Shown piece after piece: positions 12,844 through 27,350 of a stretch of 64,000 bases of DNA. The position numbers were made by a program, and so were the translations under genes. This DNA is from Eledone cirrhosa (lineage: Eukaryota). The notes under the pieces are model-generated. The model had not been told where the DNA came from, ran no database searches, and saw only the letters and a program-made list of their open reading frames with translations. Where the stretch lies: positions 282,596,001 to 282,660,000 of the forward strand of contig OZ024742.1 of assembly GCA_964016885.1 (NCBI GenBank), in the 5' to 3' direction. The stretch's first letter is position 1, and every line of letters begins with the position of its first letter.

Positions 12844-13027
12844 AACTGTTTCTACTTTTGGCTCAAGGCCAGCAATTATCCCAGTGTATTACTGGTACTT
12901 TATTTTATCGACCCCGTAAGGATGAAAGGTAAAGTTAACCTCGGCGGGATTTGAACTCAGACCGTAAAGGGCCGTTTCTTTATGCTGCAAATCATGGCGT
13001 CCGACCCTCTACCGATACTGCCAATCC
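12844..13027 (-). mobile_element. tRNA-derived SINE (family A)
   Basis: Full length, 15-bp TSD CATAAGCAGTAATAT (12829-12843 / 13027-13041). Confidence 0.9.
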
Positions 13028-14561
13028 ATAAGCAGTAATATTATGCGAATTGGAATCTCCTGTTCACTGATACTCTCATTTGTTGTGGACTTATGAAGCC
13101 ATTAGTTAGGTACTTCTCTGTGGCACAGAGACGATTACACGACATAGGATGTTTACAATAAATGGAGTCGAAACTAGAGATATATCATTCGCTTTTTCAA
13201 TACACGGAGTTGTTAATTCTACCATCTAAATCATTGGTAGCATTTACTGGTTTACTGTGTTCATTGAGACAGGTGCACATGACCTCTCCGGATGAATCCA
13301 AATAAATTTAAAATTCGAGTCAGATCATTCACTCTCTATTGGTGCACCGAGAAATATGTAAAACAAAAGACGTATATTTAGATATGTCAGTGTGTCTACT
13401 TATACATTTATGCAGCTTCAGTTAAATATTGGTATGTTCTTATATTAATACATATTTAATGCTTGAGTGTCTTTAAAATGGTATTATTCATAACTTATCC
13501 AACCATCTTGCTAAGGCAACCATCTTGCCTTAGGTCACCTGTCGGTTAGTTTTGCCCGTAAAATCTATCCAGCGATTCTCTCCTTAGACATTCTAACCAC
13601 ATATCGGTAGTATCGTAGTTTTAATAAAAATAGATAGACAAATTTACCGAGATGTCAGAGTGTAAGACAAACACCTTACGATACTTGTTCCGGCACCCTG
13701 AGTTCAAATCTTGCTATAGTCAACTTTTCCTTTTATCTTTTCGGAATCAATAAAATAAAGTATCATTGGGAATAGTAGATTAGTTAGAGAGTCTGACGAG
13801 ATGGTTAACGGCATTTATTTCAGCTCATTTAGTTCTAAGTTCAAATCCCGATTCAGCCAATTTAGGTGGCAGAATTAATCCATTATCCAGTTTTAACATC
13901 ACCACCCAGAGTCAACTCTGTTGCAAACATTTGAACCAGATCTTCAGCTTGAAGTTACCTTAAAGTTACCTTCTTTTCTGCCTTGCTAAAAGGTACATAC
14001 GTACTGCTTTTCATTCTCATCAACCGATAAAAAATATATTGACATCCCAGATATTGACGCCATGTTCTTACACTGTTTAACTACAGCAGAGGGCATAGCT
14101 AAAACATGCTGCTTCTTATTATACATGTTTAAGCAATTCAGCAATCCTGCATTCCGAATAAGGTTAAAGAAATAATCAATCAATAAACCAATGAGTCAAT
14201 CGATCTATCGATGGCTCCACAGCTCAATGTCTGTATGGAACAATTGATTACACGGCTTCGATGCCTCACCATCCTCTGGGACGTAATAACAATACCTGCA
14301 CGTTGTACGTTTTAATTATTTCTATTCACAAAATAGTAGCGCATATCATTGCTGTTCTTACGGCCTTCCATACAACAAAAATTACTGCCTTCCATAGAAG
14401 CAATGTCTACAAAGACTTACGTAGTGCACAGTTCCCGAGAGAATATGTAAGTAATCACATGGTATATTTCTTTCATTTCGAGATCTGCTGCTCCAGAGAA
14501 AATTGCCAAGCTAATGGACATAAAAATTTGCAACAAAAATATACATACTGCAATACTGTAA

Positions 14562-14637
<76 letters not shown>

Positions 14638-14764
14638 GGGGGGGGGTAAGCAGAGTGGGAATGCGGAGAGAGAGTACGAACGTATGTGGGCATATGGATA
14701 TATTTCGGCATATATAAGTATTTATGTATATATGTATGCATGTGTGTATATTTGTATATATATA

Positions 14765-14811
<47 letters not shown>

Positions 14812-14820
14812 GTGTGTGTA

Positions 14821-14880
<60 letters not shown>

Positions 14881-14909
14881 TTTCTAATATAAATAAATAA
14901 AGTATATAA

Positions 14910-14956
<47 letters not shown>

Positions 14957-15033
14957 CATATACACATACTTTATATGCAAATATTTAACCCTATTCATAA
15001 AACCATACACGCCCCACAAATATATATGTATAT

Positions 15034-15090
<57 letters not shown>

Positions 15091-15724
15091 CTAACATATA
15101 CACGTATACACAACTATTCTTTCCAAGAGGTTAACAACTGGATAGTTAGGTTATATAATTAGTCAGTGCATTCACTAATCTATGTAACGTTTCATTCATC
15201 ACCATAAAACAGTAGAAGAGTAGAGAGTTCTGAAAATGTTTGCTGTTTGATTTTAAACAGTTGCCTTCTTCCTATTTTCCATACTACTTCGGGAATGGTT
15301 CTTCGTCATTTTCGACGATGAGTATTCCAGTTTGATCAACGGAACAGCTTGCCCATGGAATTAGGGTGTAAGCGGCTAAGCATTCCACAGATATGAGCAT
15401 CCTTAACGTAATTCTGAGAGAGATTCGGGGTAACATAGTGTGTGATCAATTACCTGTACCGCCCATCCAACAGGTTTACAAAAAGTTTCTATCTACCCAA
15501 TTTCGCTTACATAAGTCAACCTGAGCTTATAGCAAATGATACTTGCCCAACATTCCACGCAGTGAAATCGAACTAGGCACTTAATGATTGCGACGCGAAC
15601 TCCTTAACCATTTGGCCATGTTACGTCTACATCCTACTTCATCACTATAGAGGTTTAAAGTACTTCATACACCCCACTCTTGATCAAGCCTCTGTGGGAG
15701 GGACTCCAGCTTTTAGCCCAAAGT

Positions 15725-15890
15725 ACTTGTCATAATGTTTGAAACAAGAGGGTTTGTGGGTGAATCTGCGTATAATCTCATGAAACAGTTGTTAATTTCT
15801 GGGAAGAACATAACCAAAGCTCGCAAAGAAATAACACAAGCACTGCAAAACAGTTCCAGTTGGATCTGGTTGAGGAGAGAGAGATGAGAT
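15725..15890 (+). pseudogene. Non-LTR retrotransposon ORF C-terminus (Hero-like)
   Basis: Peptide ETRGFVGESAYNLMKQLLISG..ARKEITQALQNSSSWIWLRRE resembles the E-x-x-RGF...S-x-W-x-W-L-x-R end of Hero-type ORFs (recalled from memory). Confidence 0.55.
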
Positions 15891-16588
15891 CTACATAAGG
15901 CTTAAGTGTCCTACATACAATTGGCCACCAATAGTCTAATGATTAAAAGGCTTAAGTAGAATTGCATCCATGAATCATGACCGGGTGCGGCCAGGTCCCT
16001 TTATAACGTAAGATGTCAAGGGTTTCAAATATGCATAAGACCTTCTGCTCTGCAGCTCTACGTCGAGTTCTTTGTTACTACCTCATCACCATATATTCTG
16101 TGTTTTATTCTACTTCACTGCAACATATTTATAGGCTTTTGTTTTACTTTGGGGTGTACGGGACATCAAGTAGAAACATGCACCTCGTACGACAGGTTAA
16201 AAACTAGGTTAGTATAGTTTATATGAAGCATTGACAGATATGTAGTTTAAATTAATTTGGGAAAGCCAGTACAATGCAAGTTGGAAATAAGGAGAGGATT
16301 GAAAACAAAAGAAAACAACACTTTTAACTTATGTTTCATCGCCTTTGATTATAAATCTTTTGGATGTAGGCTGACCTAGGTCCAACCAATAGCATTCAGC
16401 TAATGATATCTCTTCGAATCTACGCAGCCTGCTAGAGATATCAACATAATTATCCTCAAATGATTCCCTTGTCTTTAAAATAGGGAGTACACATTGGTTA
16501 ATATATTTCGTGTGATTAGACCATGTCAGAAAAGAACAGAAAAAAACGACGGTCTGGTCACGGTTGGAACATCTTTTATTATAGACCT

Positions 16589-17022
16589 GGTGAGGTGGAT
16601 TGGCAGTGTCGGTAGAGCGTTGGATAATATGTTTTCTGGCACAGAGTTATAGCCCTTTATGATCTGAGTTGAAATCGGGCTGGAGTTAGCTTTGCCTTTC
16701 ATCATTACGGGGTCGATAAAATAAAGCACCAGTAATGCGCTGGGGTAATTGCTGGCCTTGTGCGTGCCAAAAGTAGAAACAATTATAAACCGGGTGAGGG
16801 CGATGGATTGGCAGTGTCGGTAGAGCGTCGAATAATATGCTTTGCGACATAGAGTTATGGCCCTTTATGCTCTGAGTTCAAATCACACCGAGCTTAGCTT
16901 TACCTTTCATCCTTACGGGGTCGATAAAATAAAATACCAGTAATGCACTGAGGTCGAATTCATCGACTTTCCCCACCCCACCCCTAAAATTGTTGGCCTT
17001 GTGTTTAAATTAGAAACCATTA
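16589..17022 (+). mobile_element. Two tandem family A SINEs (16589-16786 and 16793-17022)
   Basis: Both show the head, body and CCTTGTG..TAGAAAC tail. Confidence 0.85.
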
Positions 17023-17300
17023 TAGAGCAGGTGGAAGAGAGATGATCTGTATCTAAGCAACAATGGTAACAAGGGATTAACGAGAAACCATATATATGAT
17101 AGCTACTTGCTATAAGTAGCCGACATATCTCCTTTTTATATTATGTCTGAAATAAAAATTTAAATAAAGCCGGTATGGGTACGACTGGAACGCCTTTGAT
17201 CATAAGTATTCGTGCGTCCTTCTAGGAATAGCAGGTCACCTGCTGCCGAAACAAGACTGAACCTGTAGCAAAATAAAAAGTACAGCAACAAGGTGTTATT

Positions 17301-17461
17301 AATTGTTTCTATTTTAGGCACAAGGCCAGCAAATACCTAGTACATTACTGGTACTTTATTTTATCGACCCCGTAAGGATGAAAGGCAAAGTTAACCTCGG
17401 CGGGATTTGAACTCAGATCATAAAGGGACATAACTCTATGCTTCAAAGCATGGTGTCCGAC
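17301..17461 (-). mobile_element. Family A SINE, 5'-truncated
   Basis: Body and tail match family A. Confidence 0.85.
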
Positions 17462-17710
17462 TAATGGTTTATCTTCTCACCAAATCGCTTTCTCCCCCCC
17501 CCCTCACACACACACTTTTCTCTCTCTCTCTTCTCTCCCTCTCTCTTACCCACACGTTCTCTTTCTCTCTCTGGCTTCCTCTTTCTCTCTCTCACCCCTC
17601 TTTCGCACTCTCTCTCCCTCACGCTCTCACCTACGCACATTCTCTCTCACCTACTCTTTCGCATTCTCTCTCCCTCGCTTTCTCTCCAACTCACCCCAAC
17701 ACCACACAAA

Positions 17711-17785
<75 letters not shown>

Positions 17786-18424
17786 TCTCAGCGGAAACGA
17801 TGATTTTATAAACGGTTACATTCGGCAATACCACATGCCATGTATTTGTTTTCTGTGGACAATGCACATGTGCGCAGCTATAATGCAATACGTAATCACG
17901 TGTAGCAACATTAGGCCCCGGTGCACATAGTGATTGCATGGTGCATGCAGAATAAAGCACGGAGGGGTGTGATGAGATGCGAGAAGACGAGATGATAGGA
18001 GATGAAAGGAGAGGTAGAGAAGAAGAGGGAGATAACTTCCTTAACTTCCTCAACTATGCATGGAATCGTGTTTAGGAAAACGTGCTGCGACCAGTGATTG
18101 GTTTTCGGTAAACCCCAAAACCCAAAACACACACATATAAACACGCACATACGCACATACACACGCTATGCACGCACACTCGTACACACACACGTATGCA
18201 CGTGCACACACAAGCACACATGTACATAAGCAAATACATACGACCATGCAAGCACACATACAGAGAAACACGTTCAAACTAACACAAACACATGCGAGCG
18301 TTCGTGCATATATTTACACATGCATAGAAAGTCGCATACGCAAACAGATATACAGGCATTCATACATAAATACATACACGCCACACTTATATATTTGTGT
18401 GTGTTTGTATACACACACAGACGC

Positions 18425-18483
<59 letters not shown>

Positions 18484-18601
18484 TGTACGTGTATATATAT
18501 GCATATACATATATATGTGTATATATGTGTATATATATTATATATTATATATTATATATATATATGTGTGTGTGTGTGTGTGAGTGTGTGTGTGTGTGTA
18601 T

Positions 18602-18632
<31 letters not shown>

Positions 18633-18639
18633 GTATATA

Positions 18640-18686
<47 letters not shown>

Positions 18687-18744
18687 TATAATATATATAT
18701 TATATATATATACATATAAATATATATATGTACACATATATATG

Positions 18745-18806
<62 letters not shown>

Positions 18807-19187
18807 CGTGGGTGTGTGTGTGTGTGTGTGAGTGTCAAATCTATGTGGGGCCATATTATATGTGTATGGGTGTATAAGGAAAACTTTGTTTCAATTACAC
18901 TTGTACATGCATATGCACATAGTTTCACCTATCGTCATTCGGTTTGTGTGCGTTTGCATTCCTTTGCACATGATGTTGCGTATTTATGCTTGTGTGCACT
19001 TCGTTCTATGCATAGAAACATGGAACACAGAGACAGGCACAGACACGCGCACATGTATATGTCTGCATAAGCATGAACCCACACATGTGAATATGCACAC
19101 ACACACACACACGCACGTATATTTCCTTCTATATATATATATAGATATATATGTGTGTGTGTGTGTGTGTGTATGTGTACACATCTG

Positions 19188-19218
<31 letters not shown>

Positions 19219-19276
19219 AAACACATATATATATATAAAGAGAGAGAGAGCCAGAGAAAGAGAGAGGGCGAGAGAT

Positions 19277-19377
<101 letters not shown>

Positions 19378-19434
19378 GAGGGAGATTTAAAAGAGTCGAA
19401 GTCAGTGTTGCAGCATGTGTACAAACTTTATTAT

Positions 19435-19519
19435 ACATTACAATCGTTTCGATATCAATCAGCTCAGTATACAATCAAGGTGACGGGGCCCGACTCTTTT
19501 TTGACATCTCATCAGATAT
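19435..19519 (-). ncRNA. Type I hammerhead ribozyme with a long loop II
   Basis: ATAT CTGATGA GATGTCAA [about 40 nt] TTGATATC GAAA CG AT TG T A ATGT, followed by AATAAA. Confidence 0.75.
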
Positions 19520-20246
19520 GGGAGTTTATATGTGCAAAGACACATCTAAACCCATTAGAGCTTTTAAAATGACGTTTCTAGAAGTTGCAGCTGGTAATAG
19601 GGTGGAAAGAAACTCTGATGAGGGCTGGACAGTCGGGGGTCTTCAGAGATGAATTCTCCCATCAAACAAGTGATTCGGCCATTAACTTAACAAGCTTCAG
19701 CTCTACATTATGTAATGAATAAAAGAAGTACAGAGTATAGGTGTGTGTGTGTGCGTGGGTGTGAGTGTGTGTGTGTATGTATATATGTGTGTGTGTGTAC
19801 GTGTGTGTGTGTATGTGTGTGTGTGTATGTGTGTGTGTGCGTGTGTATGTGTGCGCGTGTGTGTTTATGTATGTGTGTGTGTATATGTGTGTGTGTGTGT
19901 ATGTGTGTCTGAATATATGTGTGTGTGTATGTGTGTGTGTGTGTGTATGTGTGTATATATATATAGGTGTGTATGTGTGTTTGTGTGTACATGTATGTAG
20001 AGAGTAAGAGAGGGAGACAAACAGACGGACAGATAGATAAAGATACAGTTATACATGTGTTAATGTGCATACATGCATACATACATACATATATATATAC
20101 ATATATACATACATATATACATATATACATGCATACATACATACATATATATATACATATATACATACATACATATATACATATATACATGCATACATAC
20201 ATATATAAATATACATATATACATACATACTTATATACATATATAC

Positions 20247-20371
20247 ATGGCGGCTGCCAACTCGTTTTCGAGTACGGCCACTACTTTATATCCATGTAAG
20301 AGAACCCCTACCGATGCGCTGAACGAGTGTGACTCACTATAAAAGCTTCACGGCACAGGCATTGCTTTATA
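20247..20371. repeat. Unclassified dispersed repeat, rearranged copy of 21011-21335
   Basis: First 85 bp or so are a direct match to 21011-21098. The remainder is the reverse complement of about 21217-21257. Confidence 0.75.
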
Positions 20372-20461
20372 TACATACATACATACATACATACATACAT
20401 ACATACATACATACATACACATACATACATACATACATACATACATACATACATACATACA

Positions 20462-20494
<33 letters not shown>

Positions 20495-20560
20495 GTGTAT
20501 ATAAAGAAGACCGTTATTGTTCCAACCGGTCTACTGACATTTATATACGTACACATACAT

Positions 20561-20629
<69 letters not shown>

Positions 20630-20633
<4 letters not shown>

Positions 20634-20845
20634 ACCAGTAAGACCCCGACAGTTGAGCTCAAGCCGTTTCGACGGCTAATTCTGGACTAAAATTCTGGAC
20701 TGATTTTTAGTCCAGAATTAGCCGTCGAAACGGCTTGAGCTCAGCTGTCGGGGTCTTACTGGTCCCTATTACCCACTCTACTACCTCAAGTATTGAGTAC
20801 TTTGGTGCGTTATGGTCCACCTGGTTCCTTACCACATTTCCTTCG

Positions 20846-20847
<2 letters not shown>
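20630..20847 (+). mobile_element. Family B fold-back element, copy 2
   Basis: Same outer ends as 11180-11373 with longer arms, in (TA)n. Confidence 0.8.
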
Positions 20848-20888
<41 letters not shown>

Positions 20889-20889
20889 T

Positions 20890-20921
<32 letters not shown>

Positions 20922-20967
20922 GTATATACGTGCATACATACATACATACATACATACATACATACAT

Positions 20968-21004
<37 letters not shown>

Positions 21005-21851
21005 TATGTATATGGTGGCTGCCAACTCGTTTTCGAGTACGGCCACTACTTTATATCCATGTAGGAGAACCCCTACTGATGCGCTGAACGAGTGTGACTT
21101 TTTAGTCCAGCCAGCGACTTGGAAACTCTAGTGCAAACACTATACTTGTGACAATTATTGACACATAGTGCTAGGCCCATGGTACCATGTGACGACAAGT
21201 GCAGAGAGATCTCCAGATATAAAGCAATGCCTGTGCCGTGAAGCTTTTATAGTGAGCAAAGGTACTGCACAAAGCCAGTCCCACTCTCTTAACTAAGATG
21301 ACATTTATCAAAAAGAACAAGTCAACATCATTGGATATATGTATATACATACATACATAAATACATACATACACACATACACACACACACACACATATAT
21401 ATGTATATGCATACATACATACAAACACATACACACACACACACACATATATATATATACATACATACATACATACACACATACACACACACACACACCT
21501 ATATATATATGTATATGCATACATACATACATACAAACATACATACATACATACATATATATATATACATATACACGCACACACATACGCACAGCTGTAT
21601 ATATAAATATAATATATATATATATTAATAACTCCAGAAAACCCAACTGTTGAGTGCTTCTAATCTATTGTAAAACTATATTCCTTGATTAATCAATGAA
21701 CCTTGTTACACTTTTGGCTATCATCGAAATGTATATAGCAGTAAATAAAGGATTATGAGTTCATGCAATTGACTAATGATTCGTCACTATATATATATAT
21801 ATATACCATATATATATATATATATACTATATATATATATATATATATATC

Positions 21852-24456
21852 ATCCATTTCCTCAGCCACTGCCTCCGCCTCCACCTTATCCCCCTTGGCT
21901 TCCGGCTACACTTCCACCCCTCCCCCGCTGCTTCCCCCTCCGCGCAACGTATCCTCACCCGATCCTCACGCCTTCTGATGCGCAACTCCATCCGCGCCTC
22001 CCGTTCCACCCTCCGCCTACTTGACCACCAACTGACCCCCACCCTCCTCCGCCTTTACTCCACCTGCCACCCCCTCCTCGCCTAAGCCATTCTCTCCTTC
22101 ATGCACAACCTCAACCACAACCTCTTCTCGTTCCTCAGCTCCACCAAAGCCCGCAAGCTACACTCACTCCTCCCAACCCCCCACATCCACCACCACCCGC
22201 CCATCCCCATACGCCCACCACTCCCCACCTCTCCCCCGACCCCCACCCCTTGTTGTCACCATACCCCCTGACCTCCCCCTCTCCGCACCTGAGCGCTCAC
22301 TCCTTAGTAGAGGCCTTCGCTCCATACCCCACACTCCGCACAGCGACGAGTTCCGCACCCGAACGGAAGTCGAGCGATTCGTGCGACGCACGAAGCTACA
22401 GGCACATTTCAGCCGAACGCCACCGGCTCCGGACGCCCCAGACCCGTTTCTCGCCCTGGGCCGACGACCATCTTCTTGGACGCCGGCCCCAGGGCAATTT
22501 AGCACCCTGGACGCCTTCGTCGATGCCAGCCGTAGCGCAGTAAATCGTTTCGACTTCCGCCACCGTTCCAAACGGCACAACATCTCACGGGGCGAACTCC
22601 TCGCTCTCCGCTCCCTCCGTAGCCGAGATGACATCGTCATCAAACCGGCGGACAAGGCAGGCGCCGTGGTGGTATGGCGCGCGGACCTCTACACGGCCGA
22701 AGCCCTCAGGCAGCTCTGTAACCCCCTCTTTTACCGCCCTCTACCCTCCGATCCCACCCCCCTCTACCAACAACAAGTCTCCTCCACCATCAAAGACCTT
22801 ATCGCCTCCTCCCTCCTCCCCCCCCCCCCCCACCGCTTCCCACCTCATCGTCCGCACCCCCCGCACCCCCACCATCTACTTCCTTCCCAAACTCCACAAA
22901 TCCGACAACCCCGGCCGCCCCATCGTCTCCGCTTGCAACTGCCCCACCGAACTCATCTCCGCCTTTCTCGACTCCCTCCTCGCCCCCCTTGTCACCACTC
23001 TCCCCTCGCACATCTCTGACACCAACCACGCCCTGCGCCTTTTCGACTCCTTCACCTACCTACACGGCCCTCAGCCATTCCTCTTCACCCTAGACATCAA
23101 GTCCCTCTATACCGTCATCCCCCACGCTGACGGCCTTCGTGCCCTCAAACACTACCTCGACCTTCGCCCCTCCCCCATTCCCTCCACCCCCACCCTCCTT
23201 CGCCTCGCCGAGCTGGTCCTCACCCTAAATTGTTTCTCCTTCTCGGGTGAGTTTTACCAACAGGTCACGGGGGTAGCCATGGGCACAAGAATGGGCCCGA
23301 ACTATGTCAACCTTTTTGTTGGCCATGTTGAGGCCCAAATCTTTGCCCAGTACACCGGCCCCACGCCCGAACTGTACGGTCGTTACATTGACGACTGTAT
23401 CGGAGCCACGACCCTCACCCGAGTACAGCTCGACTCCTTTCTCTCCTTCTTCTGCTCCTTCCACCCCTCCCTCCACTTCACCACCTCTATCTCCACCACC
23501 CACGTCCACTTCTTGGACATCTCCGTCGCCTTCGACCCCTCCCACCACTCCCTCGTCACCTCTGCCTTCTTCAAACCCACCGACTCCCACTCTTACCTCG
23601 ACTTCACCTCTTCCCACCCCACCCACACTAAACTCTCCATTCCCTACTTCCAACTTCTCAGGATCCGCCGCCTCTGTAGCTGAGATGCTGACTTCGAGTC
23701 CCAGGCCCTTTCCCTAGTCAGCCATTTCATCCGCAGAGGTTACCTCCCCTCTCTCGTCCACACCGCTCTCACCCGCGCCCGTGCTATCCCCCGCTCCACC
23801 ACCCTTACCCCACGCCACCGCACACCCACCCACCGTCTCCCCTTCCCCATCACCTACCACCCCTCCACCGCACCCCTCCACCGCACCATCCGCCGCCTCT
23901 TCCGACACCTCCAGTCCGACCCCTCCACCTCCCACATCTTCCCAACCCAACCACTCTCCTCCTTCAAACGCGCACGCAATCTCCGCACCCTCCTCGTCCA
24001 CAGCTCCCTACCCCCCAACCCACGCTCCGTTCCCCCCCCGGTTCCTTCCCCTGATCTAGGCCCCGCTGCAACACCTGTCCCCACATCACCAACACCACCA
24101 CCTTCCAGGGTCCCAACGGCCACCCTCTCTCGGTCCGGCATGCCTTCCGCTGCACCTCCTCCAACCTAGTCTACGGACTTCGTTGCACGAGGTGCAGCGC
24201 GACTTATGTCGGACAGACGGGACGTCGCCTGGCGGACCGAGTCACGGAGCACCTCCGAGACATTCGTCTCGGGGGCAGTTCCCCCATCGCCCGCCACTTT
24301 GGTGGCCCTGGACACTCCGCACGCCATCTCACAGTCTGTGGCCTACTCCAGTGCCACGGAACACCCGCCCATCGCCTTATGGTCGAACAACGTACTATCT
24401 TCATCTTACAGACCCACACTCTCCCCGGCCTGAACTCCCCACCCTTATTCCTTTAG
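21852..24456 (+). pseudogene. PLE reverse transcriptase / GIY-YIG endonuclease ORF, disrupted
   Basis: Motifs IKPADKAG, YFLPKLHK..PGRPIVS, LDIKSLYT, GVAMGTRMGP, RYIDD, FLDI, KPTDSHSYL, RCNTC and NLVY..C..C..YVGQTGRRLADRVTEH..GLN. Frameshifts at C runs near 22820-22831 and 24032-24039 (plus one in 22170-22250). In-frame stops at 22083, 23681 and 24052. Confidence 0.93.
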
Positions 24457-24940
24457 CGTTCGACCGCCCCCCTCCCCCCACACTTATCCCCCACTAACAC
24501 CACTTACACACCCCTCCTTTTCACCGCCCACCCCACACTAACAATACTAACACCTCCACTCCACCCCTCATCTGACCACCCTTCCCCAACTAACATACTA
24601 ACATCCCTTCCCTCCCCTCTTCTCCTCCTCCCCCTCCTTATCACACGCACACACGCACCCACTTACACCACCCATCCCCACGCAACTAACATCACTAACA
24701 CCCTCCAACCCCACGCACACGTACCCACACACCCTCGTACACCACCAACTCTACACACCCTACCCCCACTAACCCCCACTCACACCTGCATTCCACCCCT
24801 CCCTACCTCCCGTATATTAACACCCACTAACACCTCTTCACCAAACTACACACACACCAGTACACCACACTCCCTCCATAGAACCACACACACTCTTCTC
24901 TCCCCGCTCCACACTCACTCATCCCACTAACACCCCACTA

Positions 24941-24985
<45 letters not shown>

Positions 24986-25804
24986 CCTCACTCCAACTCT
25001 CACACCTACCCATCCTCGCCTCCCTACCATTCCGCCGACTGCTGCTATGCCCTTCCGACCACTGTCTCAGCACCAACTGACCACAGCACTTCCACTGCTG
25101 ACCACTTCCTGTTGCGCGCGCACCCCACATCTCTCCTCTTCCGACCACCGCTTCTTGGATTACCCACACGCGTTTTGACTTCTCACCAAAATCTCCATAT
25201 ATCCGTGTAACTTACCACTTTTCAACCACCCTCTTACACCACCACCTATATAACTCACCCACACACACACACACCCCAAAACAAATTTTTTTATCCACAC
25301 GCCACCCACACCCACAACACGCTTAAACCACACACGTGCTTCCCACCACATATTTACACCCTCAGCCCCCTGATTCCTCTCCCCCCACCCCCCTATCCAC
25401 ACACGCACAGACCCTCCGACCCACAAAAACACCCCCCACACACACCTTCCTGAACATGCAACCCCGTTCTTCCCCAACCCTCACTTTCACATACACACAC
25501 ACACACACACACACCGCACACCTAACCACACACACCACCTTCAGCCCTCCCCGCTCGGACACCCCGTCTCCCTCTCCCCACTCCACCCGCCACCACCTCT
25601 ACTCACCCCACACCCTTCCACCACCTGTTTACCCCCCTTTTAATTTCAGTTTATTTTTAAATGTTCTCATTCCTTGTATTTTGATCATGCTTTATTTTTA
25701 TTTATTATTTATTATATTTTTGTCTTTATTTGTTAATTTTTCATTCGCACCGTTTCCTTTCGCTATATGTCTCTCCACCACTCCCCTACACACCTTTTGA
25801 ACTC

Positions 25805-25840
25805 TCACCTGAAGAAGGGCTTATGCCCGAAACGTCGTCC
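25805..25840 (+). ncRNA. Minimal hammerhead ribozyme in the PLE 3' terminal repeat
   Basis: CTGAAGA A GGGC TTAT GCCC GAAAC GTC, palindromic stem III ACGT, stem I only about 2 bp. Confidence 0.75.
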
Positions 25841-25927
25841 CCCACCTACCCCCCACTCTCCTGAGCGTGAATTTAATAAACATTTGTCGTACTGCCTCTC
25901 TGTTCTGTCCCTGTTCAATTTTTCATT

Positions 25928-25963
<36 letters not shown>

Positions 25964-26977
25964 CACCTAGAAATCGACATATATATACTGTATAGATATA
26001 TATATATATATATATATAAAATAAACATATGAAACATCACAGGGGATATTTTGTAAAGAGTGTAAGCACACACAGCTAGGTAAGTAACTAATTAAAGTTT
26101 AACGAGAACTTCAAATATAGATACCTTTTTAAAAATGATTAATCTCATTAGTATATATTTCATTAAATAAAGAAATATATTTCACCATCAATCGGCAAAT
26201 GACAGTACTCAAATCTCGGATCGTCAGCAAAGGAGAAGATTTAACTATCTGTGTTTACACAGCAAATGCAAATCTGTGAATGACTAGAAGCACGTGTTGC
26301 ATTTTTTTAATTACAAATACACACATCATACCAGCGTCATTCCAGTGGCGTGAATAGGATTATCGACAGTTAGAAATAGCAGCCAAGTCCTTTCAACTGA
26401 GTAAGCTCGACAATTAAGGAGCCGTATATATAACCAAAATTGGAATTTTTGATCATATTCTACAGAGATTATGGTCCATGTTTCTCAGACATGACATCCT
26501 TAATTTTATTTTGGTTATATATATATATATATATATATACAAACAAGCAAGTACACAAATCCGAACATAGTCACACCCAGAACAAACGCAAAGCAGACAT
26601 CTAACGTCCTATACGTAAAATAAGGCCAACAATAAACAAAACATATAGTGGATAAGACCATCGAATTCCAAACTCGTAAATAATACATTCGTAAAAACAA
26701 AACGAATCATGAACTAAATGTCCATATTAGAACTAAAACACCTAATCCCCAACACCTAACCCGTTCTAAATATGAGTATGGGGAGACGAACATTTTCAGG
26801 CTACAGCCGTCAAATTATGCAGTTTCTGTATAAAAATAGACATTAAACAATATCTGTTATCTCCCCCGCCCCATTCTCTCTCTTTCACTCGCTCTCCCTC
26901 TCTCGCTCACTCTCTCACACACACTCTCCCTCTCTCCCTTTCTCTCTTCCTCTCTCTCTCTCCCCATATATATATAT

Positions 26978-27137
26978 AACAAAGAGGGTGCGGTCAGATA
27001 CCGCGTGGTCCATAGCGCACCAGAGTACTCAGTAGAGTTCGGATCTAGCTGTCGAAACGCAGGAGTTCAGCCGTCGCGGTTCTGACTCTTTTCCTATATA
27101 TATATATAGAGAGAAAGAGATATATAGATATAGATAG

Positions 27138-27203
<66 letters not shown>

Positions 27204-27350
27204 AGAGAGAGAGAGAAAGATAGAGTGTTGAGACCAGGGAGACCACAAATCATGAGAGTACTCAATGCATGGTGAGATGCCGAGGGGTATAGAGAGAGCT
27301 ATGAACCCGACTGCGACGCGAAGCAGTTTCTCTTCACATTTCCCAATCTA
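26978..27350. mobile_element. Two short inserts related to family B (26978-27096 and 27222-27350) with HHR 3' halves and TGAGTACT tails
   Basis: GTCGAAACGC..GCCGTC on plus near 27050. GAAACTGC TTCGCGTC GCAGTC on minus near 27305-27330. Tails on minus. Confidence 0.55.

Larger units (their letters stand above)
21851..25927 (+). mobile_element. Penelope-like retroelement (Neptune-type), 5'-truncated, inserted in (TA)n
   Basis: RT + Cys-linker + GIY-YIG ORF, C-rich 3' UTR of about 1.4 kb, terminal HHR and AATAAA, TA tracts on both sides. Confidence 0.92.

Noticed and set aside
26170-26232. Possible minus-strand HHR (CTGACGA..GAAATATATT)
   Set aside because: Stem I does not form and stem II is only 2 bp. 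It may be a decayed copy.
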